A stretch of 49,345 nt of DNA from Chiloscyllium plagiosum (GCF_004010195.1 NC_057757.1:5078416-5127760); one strand, 5' to 3'. Shown: positions 11,470-23,504, counted from the first letter of the stretch. A program made the numbers and translations. Notes: generated from the letters alone by a model not told the origin.

Positions 11470-12480
11470 CTCCTCAAAGGTATTAATTTCTAGGCTATTA
11501 CCTCAGCCACGTACAGATTGTCAATTGAGTAAATCAAAGGGATGAATGCGTGGCTCTAAGATTGTTGTGGGAGAAATAGGCTCTGGTTCATAGGGAACTG
11601 ACACCAGTTCAGGGGAGAATGGGATCGATACTGTTAGGACACCTCTTATACGTGAACCATGCTGATTCTAGCGGGCTGCATAACTTGACAAGTGGATGGG
11701 AACTTTAAACTAATAGTGGCAAGGGAATAAATTCGGGAGGATGAGGTAAATTAAAGAATAGAGTCAAGGCAAAAGAGAGAAGTAATAATAGGGGAAATAT
11801 AAACAGACCATGACCGGAAGGGACAGACTACAATTCCAACAGAAAAAAATTAAAGGGAAATAAAATAATATGATTGCATACAGTATTTGAACAAGATAAA
11901 TATAAATATGATCTGGTAACATTACATAGACATGGCTGCAGATTGAGATGGATTAGGTGCATAATATTGAAGGTACACATTGAAAGCAGGACAGCAAACT
12001 AGGAAATGTAAAGTGTTAGTTATTGATGGTATCATCACAATAGAGATGGATGACCTAAATTCAGGAAACCAAGGTGTGGAGACAATTTGGCTAGGAATAT
12101 GAAATGATAAAAGGCAAGAAATCACATGTGGAAGTGGTAGAAAGTGCCTTTAACAGTAATCACAAAATAGTTTAAAGCATAAAAGATGAAGTAATGGAAC
12201 GTGTCAAAAAGCTACATGGAAGATTTTGAGCTACATACAGACTGGAAAAATCAGATTGATAAATATAGCATAGGTGAGTTCAGAGAATGTTTTCAGAATA
12301 GTTTCTTAGAAAAGAATATTCAGGATCTAATCCCAGGGAGCAGGCTACACTAGATATGGTATTGTGTAGTGAGATAGGATTAATTCATGACCTCACTGAA
12401 AAAAACCCAGGTAGCAACTATTATAATATGATTGAATTTTACATTGTTTAAAGGAGAAGGAATGAGTCATTCTAGATGTG
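11470..12480 (+). mobile_element. Old CR1 LINE fragment (ORF1 end and ORF2 endonuclease region)
   Basis: Degenerate YDLV..TETWL and LDMVLCSEIG-like motifs in A-rich decayed sequence. Confidence 0.55.
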
Positions 12481-13008
12481 GTACTTTAAGGGGATATATC
12501 AGAATACACATAATGGATACAGGTACATCATAACAAGAAAGGGTATGATGGTGATCGTTGAAAAAAACCATCTGTTTCACTAATGTCCTTGAGGGAATGT
12601 GATCCACCATCCTCACCCTGTCTGACCTACATATGACTCCAGATTGTCAGCAATATCATTGACTGAACTGCCAACTGATGGTCTGGCAGGCCACTCAGAT
12701 CAAGGGGAATTAAGGACAGGTAACAAATGCTGGCCCTTGCAAAGAACAATAAGATATTCCTTTGATGTTACCCCACATTCACCCTTTCAGTCAGAAAGGC
12801 CTGCTCCTCGAATACCCCACCCCTTCATCTCATGGGACACAGAACCATGTTACATTAACCTTGGACAGGGAGCATGTTTTACTGAGAATTGTTTACTTGA
12901 AGCTTCAATTCAGCCAATTATCATGGCTGTTTAATAAATAGATCACAACACAGCAGACGGACATGACACTTGTGAACAGTAACAGTGTGCGGCAGTGAAG
13001 TTACTAGG

Positions 13009-13659
13009 TTACACACCTTTACACTGAGGGAGGCAGAAATTATAGAACGAATTCTGGTCAAACAAGTCCAGCTTCTTCCAAGCAACCCAGCCTTTCCTTT
13101 GGGCATATTCCTTGTCCAGGGTCTTCCCAGAATAATGGGGATCCAGGACGAGGAAGTAGTGGTTCTCTGTGCCTGTGCACATGCCCAGAATCCCCTTTGA
13201 AGCATTGTCATTGTCACCGCCCATCATGACAGGGGACCCCAGTGTGTCAAAGTGCAGGTAGAGCTCGTCGACTTTCTGCAAGAGCTCGCCCCCTCGCCGC
13301 ACATGAATCAATTTGCATGGGATGTCATAGAACTTGTCGATGCACAGCGCGATCTCGAAGGAGCCAATCCAGGTCTTGGAACCAATGAAGTTCGGGGGCT
13401 TATCCTCCATCTCCACCAGTGCCTCCTGCACTTCCTTCAAGGTAGGCACCTGGTGGTTCTTTATGTTCGTCTGCTGCAGAATAACCCAGGAGGAGAGAGT
13501 CTGCATCGTCCGGTAACCGCAGCCCCAGCCACAGTCGTCTGTCCCATCACAGCCGTAATGATAGTAGAGGTAATCACCACGGACCAGAGAGAGCCGCTGG
13601 ATTTCGGAGTGTGGCTCAGGGAGAGGGAGGCCAGAGTGAACGTTCTTCACCAACTCCAT
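13009..13659 (-). CDS. UFSP1: UFM1-specific protease 1 (peptidase C78), 216 aa, single coding exon
   Basis: YYHY...DDCGWGCGYRTMQT (catalytic Cys), WIGS, GGDNDNASKGILG (UFSP1-type rather than UFSP2 GGGVLAHTILG) and DPHY (Asp/His). ATG at 13659 is in strong Kozak context (aacATGg) with an in-frame TGA just upstream. Splice acceptor TTTTCTGCTTTCAAG| puts the exon start at 13682. Candidate ATTAAA near 12931-12936. Confidence 0.95.
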   Translation of the reverse strand: MELVKNVHSGLPLPEPHSEIQRLSLVRGDYLYYHYGCDGTDDCGWGCGYRTMQTLSSWVILQQTNIKNHQVPTLKEVQEALVEMEDKPPNFIGSKTWIGSFEIALCIDKFYDIPCKLIHVRRGGELLQKVDELYLHFDTLGSPVMMGGDNDNASKGILGMCTGTENHYFLVLDPHYSGKTLDKEYAQRKGWVAWKKLDLFDQNSFYNFCLPQCKGV

Positions 13660-14196
13660 GTTCAATCCTTGTGCAGTTCAACCTTGAAAGCAGAAAACTG
13701 CATATTATTTATAAATAATCTCTCAAATCCTGCAATTAGGCACGTCAAAAGTATTAAATTGGCTCCTGGTAATTAACAGTTTGCAAAACGAAACAACAAT
13801 TTGCAGAGACTTCCAATTCATAGGAAGCCCTCAAACCCATGTAAATAATTCAAGGAAGGGACTGGGTATAGGGGATGGAAGGCATTAATGTACAGTATGT
13901 ATAGCGCTGTGGCAATTCAAGCCTGACTTTCTGCAGCCATCAGCTATACAGTTGCTCAGAGGGTCTGCACTTGCTGGTCAGCGCACAGACGCAGTGACTT
14001 CTGATTCCTGAAGCTGTTGCCACAAGCACAGACCTTGGAGGTCTGCGCAGCAGCAAGAACAATGAGAGAGAACGTAAACCGTTCATGTGTCTGGCAGCAA
14101 TGCAGATAGAAAAGCAACATCTTGAAGGTCAGAGGGAAACAGCACTAGCTTGAGGGGCTGACCCTAGCTATATCCGGGTTCCTCCCACAGCCCAAA

Positions 14197-14512
14197 GAGG
14201 TTTAGCAGGCTGGGACTGTTTCCCTGGAGCGTCGGAGGCTGAGGGGTGACCTTATAGAGGTTTACAAAATTATGAGGGGCATGGTTAGGGAAAATAAGCA
14301 AAGTCTTTTCCCTGGGGTCAGGGCGTCCAGAACTAGAGGGCACAGGTTTAGGACTCTATAACTTTATATGCAGGTTAAGTGGACAGGCTATGCTAATTTG
14401 TCCCATGTCTAGGGACATGCAGGCCGGGAGTTTAGCCATGGGAAATACACGGTTACTGGGACAGGATCGTGGGTGGGTTGGTATGGACTTCCACACTGTC
14501 GAGATTCTATGA
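14197..14512 (+). mobile_element. CR1 fragment joined to partial SINE
   Basis: GGCTGGGACTGTTTCCCTGGAGCGTCGGAGGCTGAGGGGTGACCTTATAGAGG followed by SINE 3' half. Confidence 0.7.
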
Positions 14513-14889
14513 CGGGGGAGGATAATACAGGACTGGCATTTGCACATTGTGCCAATGCCAGTTCCTTGAAAAAGTTGACCAATTAGCACTGGCTCATTCT
14601 AATATTTCTCTCAATTTATCCAATGTCTTCACTTGACAATTAACAAGTGCATCGTGAATCCACCTCCACCTCCAATTCAGATAGTGTATTCCAGATCACA
14701 ACCAGATACATATCATTCCCAGCTCATGTCAACTCGCTCTCTGGCTGACCACCAAATTAACTTCAATTCTTCTGAAGATCAGTGAACTACGATGGGGAAA
14801 GGAATCCTCCAAGTCAATGACCCTCCTGCTGGCAACAGGCAACAGTTACAGGTTCTCCCTGTTTACTAATCCATAACTGCAAATTCAAC

Positions 14890-14996
14890 AACTGGGAGAA
14901 ATTCCTGATGAAGGGCTTAAGCCCGACACATCAACTCTCCTGCTGTTCAGATGCTGCCTGACCTGCTGTGCCTTTCCAGCACATTTTTCGACTCTG
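14890..14996 (+). mobile_element. Penelope-like pLTR fragment (degenerate hammerhead)
   Basis: CCTGATGAAGGGCTTAAGCCCGACAC...GATGCTGCCTGACCTGCTGTGCCTTTCCAGC. Confidence 0.6.
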
Positions 14997-15710
14997 CAAA
15001 TTCAACAGCCAGGCAAAGACATAAAACATCAAAAGGCAGATGCACACGATTATGCAGCACTTCCAAGGAAAAGTGAGTGAGAACCAAGGGAATAGGAACT
15101 GAAAATTTTATCATTCCTTTGTCCACACTCTTGATTGTGCACTCCCATCACCAAACAAACAGCTCATACTATACGTTTACTCATGAATTGGATGCCGGTG
15201 GAAGTAGTTGGTCAGGTTTACCTCATCCCGAGCCATGCAGCCTCATTTCCTCTGGTCCTTGGCAAGAGGCGATTAATGGACCATTAAAAAAGGGAGAGTG
15301 AACAAACACTAACCAATTAAGAACTTACAGCCACACTTCTGCAGCTGAGTAAATGATATACAATGTGGTCAGTGTTTACCATTCTGGCATCCAATGGGAT
15401 ATGAGAGCAGTTACATAAGTAAATCAACGAAGCTAATTAGGGATCGCGGTTTGACTTAATTTCCTTTATAACTAGGAAAGGAATGATGAGCAACAGACCC
15501 CAATGCTGGACATGAGATGCTCAACATATATGCCTGTTTTGTGCACTTACAGGTAAAACAAAGGCAAAAGCAGAAGCAGGAGCTTTTTATAAAAAAGAGT
15601 TTATTGGAAGCTTGATTGTTTTCAGGTACTGGGCAGTGCTAAGTAAATTAATGTGAAACACTTTGCAAATTATCAATTCAGTCCAGCACGCCTGATAAGA
15701 CTATGGTCGA

Positions 15711-15827
15711 CTGCACACACACACCATGGGTGCTGGGGATAAAATAAGCACTACCGCACTTAGGTGGTAGTGTGGGGGTTAAAGGGGGAAAAAAAGGAAA
15801 AAAAAATAATCAAAAAAAGAAAAAAAA
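15711..15827 (+). mobile_element. 5'-truncated poly(A) retroposon with 11-bp TSD and 3' stem-loop
   Basis: TSD ACTATGGTCGA at 15700-15710 and 15828-15838; A-rich tail; hairpin CACTACCGC-ACTTAG-GTGGTAGTG. Confidence 0.75.
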
Positions 15828-16165
15828 ACTATGGTCGATCTGGTTGTGAGCTCCTCTCTATTTTCCTGCCTGTTCCCATTACCCTTTGATTCCTTTGTTA
15901 GTCAAGAAGCTATGTAGCTCTGCCTGAAAAATGTTCAATAACACAGCCCCTACCACTCTCTGGGGAAGAAAGTTCCACAGACATACAACCCTCAAATAGA
16001 TTCTCATCATTTCCACAATAAATGGGAGGCCACTTATTTAGAAACAGTGCCCCATAATTCTAGAATCCCCACACGAAGGGGAACATCCTCAGTATTTATC
16101 CTGTCATGTCCCCTTGAATTTTACATTTTAGTAATACCACCTCTCATTTCTTCTAAACTCTAGTG

Positions 16166-16340
16166 CAGAGTCAAGAGTGTGGTGCTGGAAAAACATAACA
16201 CATCAGACAGTATCCAAGGAGCAGAAGAATCAACGTTTTGGGCATAAGCCCTTCATCAGGAACCTTCCTGATGTGCTGTGCTTTTCCAGCACCACACTCT
16301 TGACTCTGATCTCCAGCATCTAGTCCTCACTTTGTCCTAG
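16166..16340. mobile_element. Penelope-like short element with inverted arms
   Basis: AGAGTCAAGAGTGTGGTGCTGGAAAA ... TTTTCCAGCACCACACTCTTGACTCT flank a degenerate minus-strand hammerhead (GCCCTTCATCAGG on +). Confidence 0.65.
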
Positions 16341-16544
16341 TTCCTTTCTAATGCACACAGACCCAAATTCTTCAACTTTTCTTAAGTCCCTCAGTCCCAG
16401 TTATCAGTCAAGTAGACCTTCTCTGAACTGGTTACAGTGCAATTGTGTCTTTTCTTATACAAGGAGACAACATCTAGAATATTTTGGATAAGATTTCACC
16501 AATGCTCTGTACAACTGCAACAAAATATTCTTTTTAAAAAAATA

Positions 16545-16880
16545 CATGGAACCATTACAGCCTGGAAAGAGGCCATTCAGTCTGTCAAGCCTGCACCAAC
16601 CCTCTGAACTGCATCCCACCCAGACCCACCCCCACCCTCTAACCCATAACCTACATTTGTCATGACCAATCCACCTGTCCTGCAATATCCCTGGACATTG
16701 CAGCAATTTAACATGGCCAAACCACCTAACCTGCACATCTTTAGACTGTGGGAGGAAACCGGAACACCTAACGGAAACCCATGCAGATACGGGGAGACAG
16801 TGCAAACAGTCACTCGAGGGTGGAATCAAACCTGGGTCCCTGGCGCTGTCAGGCAGCAGTTCTAATCACCACACCACCCT
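16545..16880 (-). mobile_element. HE1-like SINE
   Basis: Same family head and core on the minus strand. Confidence 0.8.
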
Positions 16881-18472
16881 CTTTACAATGAGGAAAATCA
16901 TTCTGGTCAGTGGTGTTACAGGGCTTTCCATTAATGTTGCCATAAGCCACAGAATTGGTGTGGCACACTCCTAGGCAAACCAGCAACTTCTTTTGGAAAA
17001 TACCACCTAACATGACATTTTAGAGAAACAAAAGTAGTCAGCTCTCCAATCCTCAAGAGGTCATGTCTGCAATTTGCTTTAAATATACTCTGTCAAGGAC
17101 AGAATAAATTGATGGCTTACTCAAGCCCAAGGCTTGGAAAAGACAGAATTTATAAATACAACTCTGGGTGAACAGTTGACACGCAGTTTATAAATGCAAT
17201 TTTGTTCATGCATACCGCCATCATTATAACACAAGCAACAAGACCAGATATTAATGAATAATAGCATAATCCTTGTAAAAAAAAAACCTTCCACTAATCA
17301 GATATTCCACTGTGCAGACACAACAGGTACCAACACCTGGATCTGTCACACAGTGTTGATATAGGTGCAGCTACACAGCAGCCAGTACTTGTCAAGGACA
17401 CCGGCTGAAGTACAGATCAAGGCTGAGTTTCTTGGCTCAGTAAATGGATCAATCATGGTGCGACTGGCCTTCCAAGGAGCGAAACACAAAACAAAAGCTA
17501 TTTCGAGCGAAGTTAAAGTTTCAAGTATCACTGTTTTCAAACAAGAACTGTTAATCAGAGGGTTGCACTGAGGGTTTCTGAGATTGATTCCTGGGAAGAG
17601 GATGCTGTCTTTTAAGAAGAGATAGGCAGGCACTCGAGTTGAAGGACAATCTCACTAAAAATACAAATATTTGGAGGCTTGAGAGTGTAGACACGGCCTT
17701 GCAAAGAGACTATTCCCTCCCCAGTCCATCTCCCCAATTGCAATATCTCAATCTAGGTGATCACAGCCTCAGACCATTTATTTCTTGAGTTCAGGAGAAA
17801 TTTCTTCACTTGGAGAGGATCTTGAATCTTTGTCTAACCTTTGAGTAGAGAATTGCAATCAGTTTTTTAGTGTATTCAAGATTGAGCTCCACCTCATCTC
17901 TAATTCTTCTTCAAAAACACAACGTTTACACCTAATTTCAGCGTTTAACTGAAACAAGTCTCCAGAAAGTTACAATCTCACTTTATTTTGAAAAGTTGAC
18001 ACAAACATGAACAAGTGAATATTAAACTCAGATGGACTAGCTTGCCTGGTCTGAAAGGACGTCTCCTGAGGAGAGAGAACTACAGATACGAAAATTTTAA
18101 GTCAGATAACATGCCTGGCACCTTATTAACATTTTGGAATAATTGCTCGTGAGAGAATGAAGATGGCTAACAGACTGATGAGGGAGGGGAGCTGTTTGTT
18201 TTGGAGGGTGATCGTCAATAGCCCAGGTCTGTCCCCCTCCCATTTCTGGAGACATTGAACAAATTTAAAGGTATAACAACAGAAGAAGTGGAACTGCTGC
18301 TGTCAATTGAGTTTGAGAGCTTTCCCCCTCCCCTCCCCTCCCTAGTTATGTCGCTCCCCGAGCTTAGAGCTTTCAATGTGCCGAACACACAACCACACAT
18401 CGCCAGCTCAGAGTCCCCTGTCCCCAGCTCGGAGCTCCCCCCTCCCCCCACCTCAGGCTGTCCCCAGCTCGG

Positions 18473-19413
18473 NNNNNNNNNNNNNNNNNNNNNNNNNNNN
18501 NNNNNNNNNNNNNNNNNNNNNNNNNNNNNNNNNNNNNNNNNNNNNNNNNNNNNNNNNNNNNNNNNNNNNNNNNNNNNNNNNNNNNNNNNNNNNNNNNNNN
18601 NNNNNNNNNNNNNNNNNNNNNNNNNNNNNNNNNNNNNNNNNNNNNNNNNNNNNNNNNNNNNNNNNNNNNNNNNNNNNNNNNNNNNNNNNNNNNNNNNNNN
18701 NNNNNNNNNNNNNNNNNNNNNNNNNNNNNNNNNNNNNNNNNNNNNNNNNNNNNNNNNNNNNNNNNNNNNNNNNNNNNNNNNNNNNNNNNNNNNNNNNNNN
18801 NNNNNNNNNNNNNNNNNNNNNNNNNNNNNNNNNNNNNNNNNNNNNNNNNNNNNNNNNNNNNNNNNNNNNNNNNNNNNNNNNNNNNNNNNNNNNNNNNNNN
18901 NNNNNNNNNNNNNNNNNNNNNNNNNNNNNNNNNNNNNNNNNNNNNNNNNNNNNNNNNNNNNNNNNNNNNNNNNNNNNNNNNNNNNNNNNNNNNNNNNNNN
19001 NNNNNNNNNNNNNNNNNNNNNNNNNNNNNNNNNNNNNNNNNNNNNNNNNNNNNNNNNNNNNNNNNNNNNNNNNNNNNNNNNNNNNNNNNNNNNNNNNNNN
19101 NNNNNNNNNNNNNNNNNNNNNNNNNNNNNNNNNNNNNNNNNNNNNNNNNNNNNNNNNNNNNNNNNNNNNNNNNNNNNNNNNNNNNNNNNNNNNNNNNNNN
19201 NNNNNNNNNNNNNNNNNNNNNNNNNNNNNNNNNNNNNNNNNNNNNNNNNNNNNNNNNNNNNNNNNNNNNNNNNNNNNNNNNNNNNNNNNNNNNNNNNNNN
19301 NNNNNNNNNNNNNNNNNNNNNNNNNNNNNNNNNNNNNNNNNNNNNNNNNNNNNNNNNNNNNNNNNNNNNNNNNNNNNNNNNNNNNNNNNNNNNNNNNNNN
19401 NNNNNNNNNNNNN
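18473..19413. other. Assembly gap in the first intron next to the CpG island, preceded by a GC-rich repeat start (TGTCCCCAGCTCGG)
   Basis: N run; repeated CCCCAGCTCGG motif at 18400-18472. Confidence 0.9.
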
Positions 19414-19640
19414 AGCTCCTTTACCTCGCATTTCCATTCTCCTGCCGCCGCCGGTGCCGCTGATAAAATGGCGGCCGCGCGCTCACGTGACTCGCCTTCC
19501 GCCCCGCCCCGCCCCTGCGCCACGTCGTCACCGTCAGCGCCCAGCTGAGGAGTACCACGTGACGCTTGGCTGTCGTTTCCCGCCAATGCCCTCCTCGTGC
19601 TCCTCCTCCTTTGGGATGGCACCGCACGGGCGTGCAGGGG
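19414..19640 (-). promoter_or_regulatory. CpG-island promoter and probable first exon of UFSP1 (donor at 19424/19425)
   Basis: The only CpG-dense stretch in the window. YY1 motif (AAAATGGCGGC, 19465-19475), E-boxes TCACGTGA (19483-19490) and CACGTGAC (19556-19563), GC boxes at 19500-19515, GCCACGTC (19519-19526), TTTCCCGCC/CCAAT (19576-19587). Minus-strand donor GAG|GTAAAG points toward UFSP1. Confidence 0.75.
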
Positions 19641-19875
19641 TATCATTGCATTGGGTGTGACACTCACTGACCCAACCCTATATCCCCCCACCCTCCACTC
19701 ACCTAGCACTCCTGCTTCTCAACAAAGAAGGCCAGTCCATGGCTCAATGATGGCATCGACTTGGGTTCTTCATGCCAACCTGTACAACACTCCAGGGTGG
19801 GGTTGTGGGGCCAGGACTCTTCTTGAGCTATTGGGAACAAAGGAACTTTGGCTTCCCTTTCTTTCTATGCCGCCT

Positions 19876-20190
19876 GTTAAGACAGAGCGTGGTAGTTGAT
19901 GGGAAATATTCATGCTGGAGTTCAGTTACTAGTGGGGTACCGCAAGGATTTATTGTGGGTCCACTGTTGTTGGTCATTTTCATAAATGATCTGGATGAGG
20001 GCATAGAAGGATTGTTTAGTAAAGTTGCAGATGACACTAAGGTCAGATGACTTGGGGATAGTGACAAAGGATGTTGTAGGTTACAGAGATACACAGGTAA
20101 GCTGCAGAGCTGGGCTGAGAGGTGGCAAATGGAATTTAATGTGGAAAGGTGTGAGGTGATTCACTTTGGAAGGAGTAACAGTGATAAGAA
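19876..20190 (+). mobile_element. CR1 reverse transcriptase fragment
   Basis: [26 protein letters not shown]...KVADDTK. Confidence 0.9.
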
Positions 20191-20949
20191 CATAAGTGTG
20201 ATAAGACCATGAGAAATAAAAGCAGGAGGAGGCCATTCAGCCACTCCTGCCTGCTTCACCATTCAATAGGATCACGGCTGATCCGACAGTCCTCACATCA
20301 ACTTCCTTTGATTTCCCGAATGGCCAAGAATCTATCTACCTAAGCCTTAAATATGCAAGGGATGGACAAGTTGTTGCCACATCAAAGGACTGACCAGTTC
20401 TATGCCAATGCAGCAGTCTAACACCAAAGTGAACTCGCGAGGGAGGGCTGTGATACTCCATAATGCCCTCTTTTAAATCAGACATTAAACTTCTAAAATG
20501 TGAAAAACAGCAGCTCCAAAGAAGAGGCAGATCTAACTTGGAACATTGCTGAGATTTTACAGCACATTCTGTTTTTATTTCAGATTTCCAGCATCCACAG
20601 CATTCTGCTTTCACTATAGGCATTAAATTTGCTTCTCATCACAAGTAGACTCGAGAATTTCAAGAGGTGTGGAGGGAACTTCAGAATCTACAATGCAGAC
20701 AGCCTTACTAGCAGAGATTGGCTAACTCAGCACAATCAGGCATTAAATCTGAGGATCTTAAAGCGGAAATAGACAAGTTATATAACACACCTTCCCCATT
20801 GGGTGTTGCCAATGCAGAATGCATAAAGAGTTAGATTTTAGCTCAATTAACCATTTTAAATATGTGTTCAATTTCAGATATAAACATACATACAGCTTGG
20901 CAAGAGCATAAATAAAATACGCAAAACAAAACACTCGGTGTTAGTTCCA

Positions 20950-21112
20950 GAGGAAAAAATGAGGACTACAGATGCTGGAGATCAGAGTCGAGAGTGTGGT
21001 GCTGGAAAAGCACAGCAGGTCAGGCAGTATCCGAGGAGCAGGAGAATTGATGTTCGTCAGGGCTTATGCCAAAAATGTCGATTCTCCTGCTCCTCAGATG
21101 CTGCCTGACCCT
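20950..21112. mobile_element. Penelope-like short element with inverted arms
   Basis: GAGGACTACAGATGCTGGAGATCAGAGTCGAGAGTGTGGTGCTGGAAAAGCACAGCAGGTCAGGCAG ... CTCCTGCTCCTCAGATGCTGCCTGACC. Confidence 0.65.
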
Positions 21113-21433
21113 CTTGACTCATTATTTCCAGAGGGACAGAATTGAAAATTAGGAAGGCTCTGCTAAGCCAGTATAAAGCCTTGGTTAGTCCACGCTGTGA
21201 ATGGAGTTCTGGTTGCCATTGTGATGATGCTGTGAATTTAAAAACGTTATTTTGTCCTGATTTTTTTTTGAAGAGTGGTTGTAAGCCAGAGCTGTGGAGC
21301 AGTCTACCAGAACGACTAAACAGTTTGGGAGGCCTTGTTTTTTTTAAACAACCTGAATTGGTGTGGCCAGCTCTCACAGATTAGGATTTCTGGATTTTGG
21401 TTTTTTCAGTAACATCAGAAGCTATTGGGATCT

Positions 21434-21559
21434 TATGACTTGGAGATGCCGGTGTTGGACTGGGGTGTACAAAGTTAAAAATCACACAACACCAGGTTAC
21501 AGTCCAACAGGTTTATTTGGAAGCACAGGCTTTCAAAGCGCAGCTCCTTCATCAGCTGG
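21434..21559 (-). mobile_element. Second short Penelope-like family copy with TSD TTGGGATCT
   Basis: TSD at 21425-21433 and 21560-21568. Minus strand reads CTGATGAAGGAGCTGCGCTTTGAAAGC (hammerhead-like). Shares AAAAATCACACAACACCAGGTTA with the 25129 and 29855 copies. Confidence 0.6.
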
Positions 21560-23264
21560 TTGGGATCTCAACGGAGTTGGAAGTTTCAGTGAATGTCTCC
21601 TGGTTGCTCCTGTCTCTGAATTTTCTCTTGATGTTTTTTTTTTCTCCTAGATTGGAGAACTGCATGTGAGAATCTGTGTCTGTTTTTTTTTCTTTCTTGC
21701 CAAAGGCTGTGTTTGTGGGATGTTACTGTATTAGAACAGTTAATTAGTAATAGTTACTGTACATATGTCTGTTAAGTTTTCCGATACAGTTATTCAAAAT
21801 TCCTCTTTCTTTGTTTGTATTTTAACTATAGTGTTAAAATAAATTGTGTTTTGCTTAACACGGAGAAGTTGGACTAGTCGCATTGCATCTGGAAAATGGC
21901 ATTTCGCATTTCCCTGTAAAAATATCAAAATGTTTGGGTCTAGCCTACCTTCTTAACATATTTTGAGGGGGTCTGGTCCCTAACACCATCTTATGAAAGC
22001 ATAAAGAGCCACTGGAGAATACATAGAGAAGATTTACAAGAACAATGCCAGAAATGTATGTATGACAGCAGATCTGTTTAGCGAGAAGATGGGGAGCGTG
22101 ACCCTTCAAGGTCGTCAATATGAGATAGAATAAAAAGCAAACTCCCTTGGGACTACTGTGGGATGTTGACATCACTAGCAAGACCAGCAATTGTTGCCCA
22201 ACCCTCATTGCCCTTCAAGTGGGTACCTCGTTGGATCATTTCAGAGGGCAGTTAAGAGTCAACCATGTTGCTGCAAATCCGGAGTCACATTTAGGTCAGA
22301 CCAGACAAGGATGGCAGATTTCCTTCCCTAAAAGGCATTAGTCAATATCATGAATTTTTTATGACAATAGTGTTGTCACCATTATTGAAACTGTCTTTCG
22401 ATTACAGATTTATAAATTGAATTTAAATTTCAGTAGTTGTTCTGTTGGGATTTGACTGAATGACCATAGAGCCTTAGCATGGGCCACTGGTTTTAGTAAC
22501 CTAGGGACAGTACCAGTACACCACCATATTGCCTGGTTGTGTAATTCAGAAGAAACCCCTTTGCCAGAGACAAGTAAAAATCCTGATGGCCACCTCTGCA
22601 TGCAGCTGCATCAAGCCAAACATAGACCTTCAGTATGCACATACCAAGTGTCGCTACGTACTGAGGTTTTACCTGTCCCCAGTGTTGTGATGGATGGGTC
22701 TGGCCTCATTGCTGCGGAATGCTGGAAGTAGTTCTGTTTCACCTGACCTTCATGGAGAAATTTGCAAAGCAAAATACCTTTGACCATAAGTCCATCAGGA
22801 AGTAGTCAGCACCTAGCATCCTCGAGACGTTGTTGGAAGAGGAGAGGCTGGATCCTGTCGGGATGTTCCCTGAGCATTTGACATAAAGCCTCATCCAAAA
22901 GGTACCATTGCTTGGCTGGTGGTGAGAAGGCCACTACCTGTGAGATCCTTCATTTATGCCCAGACTCTGTGCCACCATGCACTGCCCTCAAAGTGGCTGT
23001 TGGAGATTGGGGGGGGGGGGGGGGGAGGGGGGGTGGAGGATGGTGGATAGAGACTGTCACACATCTCCTTCTGGACTGTGCCTTTGCAAAACAGACCTGG
23101 AAAGAAATGCAGTGGTTTTTGTCAGGGTTTGTCCCGAGCTGCTCCGTGACATAGGACTCCGTGCTCTACCGTTGTTTCCCCAGGAAGCACGGCTGGAGAG
23201 CCATCAACTTGGTGAAAGCCATTCTTTGGTCCACCCAAAAATTGTTCGTCATTCAGAGCAAAGG

Positions 23265-23422
23265 ATCAAAGAGTGTTGTGCTGGAAAGGTACAGCCGGTC
23301 AGGCAGCATCCGAGGAGCAGGAGAATCGACGTTTCGGGCAAAAGCTCTTCATCAGGAATGTGCTTTCCAGCACCACACTTTGTGACTATGATTTCCAGCA
23401 TCTACTGTCCTCACCTGCTTCC
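23265..23422 (-). mobile_element. Penelope-like short element, hammerhead core on minus strand
   Basis: Minus strand reads CCTGATGAAGAGCTTTTGCCCGAAACGTCGATTC, with inverted arms. Inserted in a Tx1/L1-like LINE. Confidence 0.65.
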
Positions 23423-23504
23423 AGAGTAAGGAGTTGACCCTAACTGGGTGTTGCAGACTGGCATCTTCCAGGGTCCAGGACTACATGCTGAGGGACACAC
23501 TACA

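Noticed and set aside
13678..13680. In-frame TGA before UFSP1 as a selenocysteine codon
   Set aside because: No SECIS recognised and the position is outside any conserved domain.
13252..13776. 174-aa + strand ORF antisense to UFSP1
   Set aside because: Shadow of the UFSP1 codon structure; no ATG start and no recognisable motif.
15329..15471. Possible minus-strand UFSP1 5' UTR exon (CCTTTCCTAG| ... CT|GTAAGT)
   Set aside because: Splice-like signals only, with no independent support. It matters only as an alternative to the uORF model.
18255..19709. Long 354-418 aa ORFs in the ORF track
   Set aside because: Artefacts of translating through the N gap.
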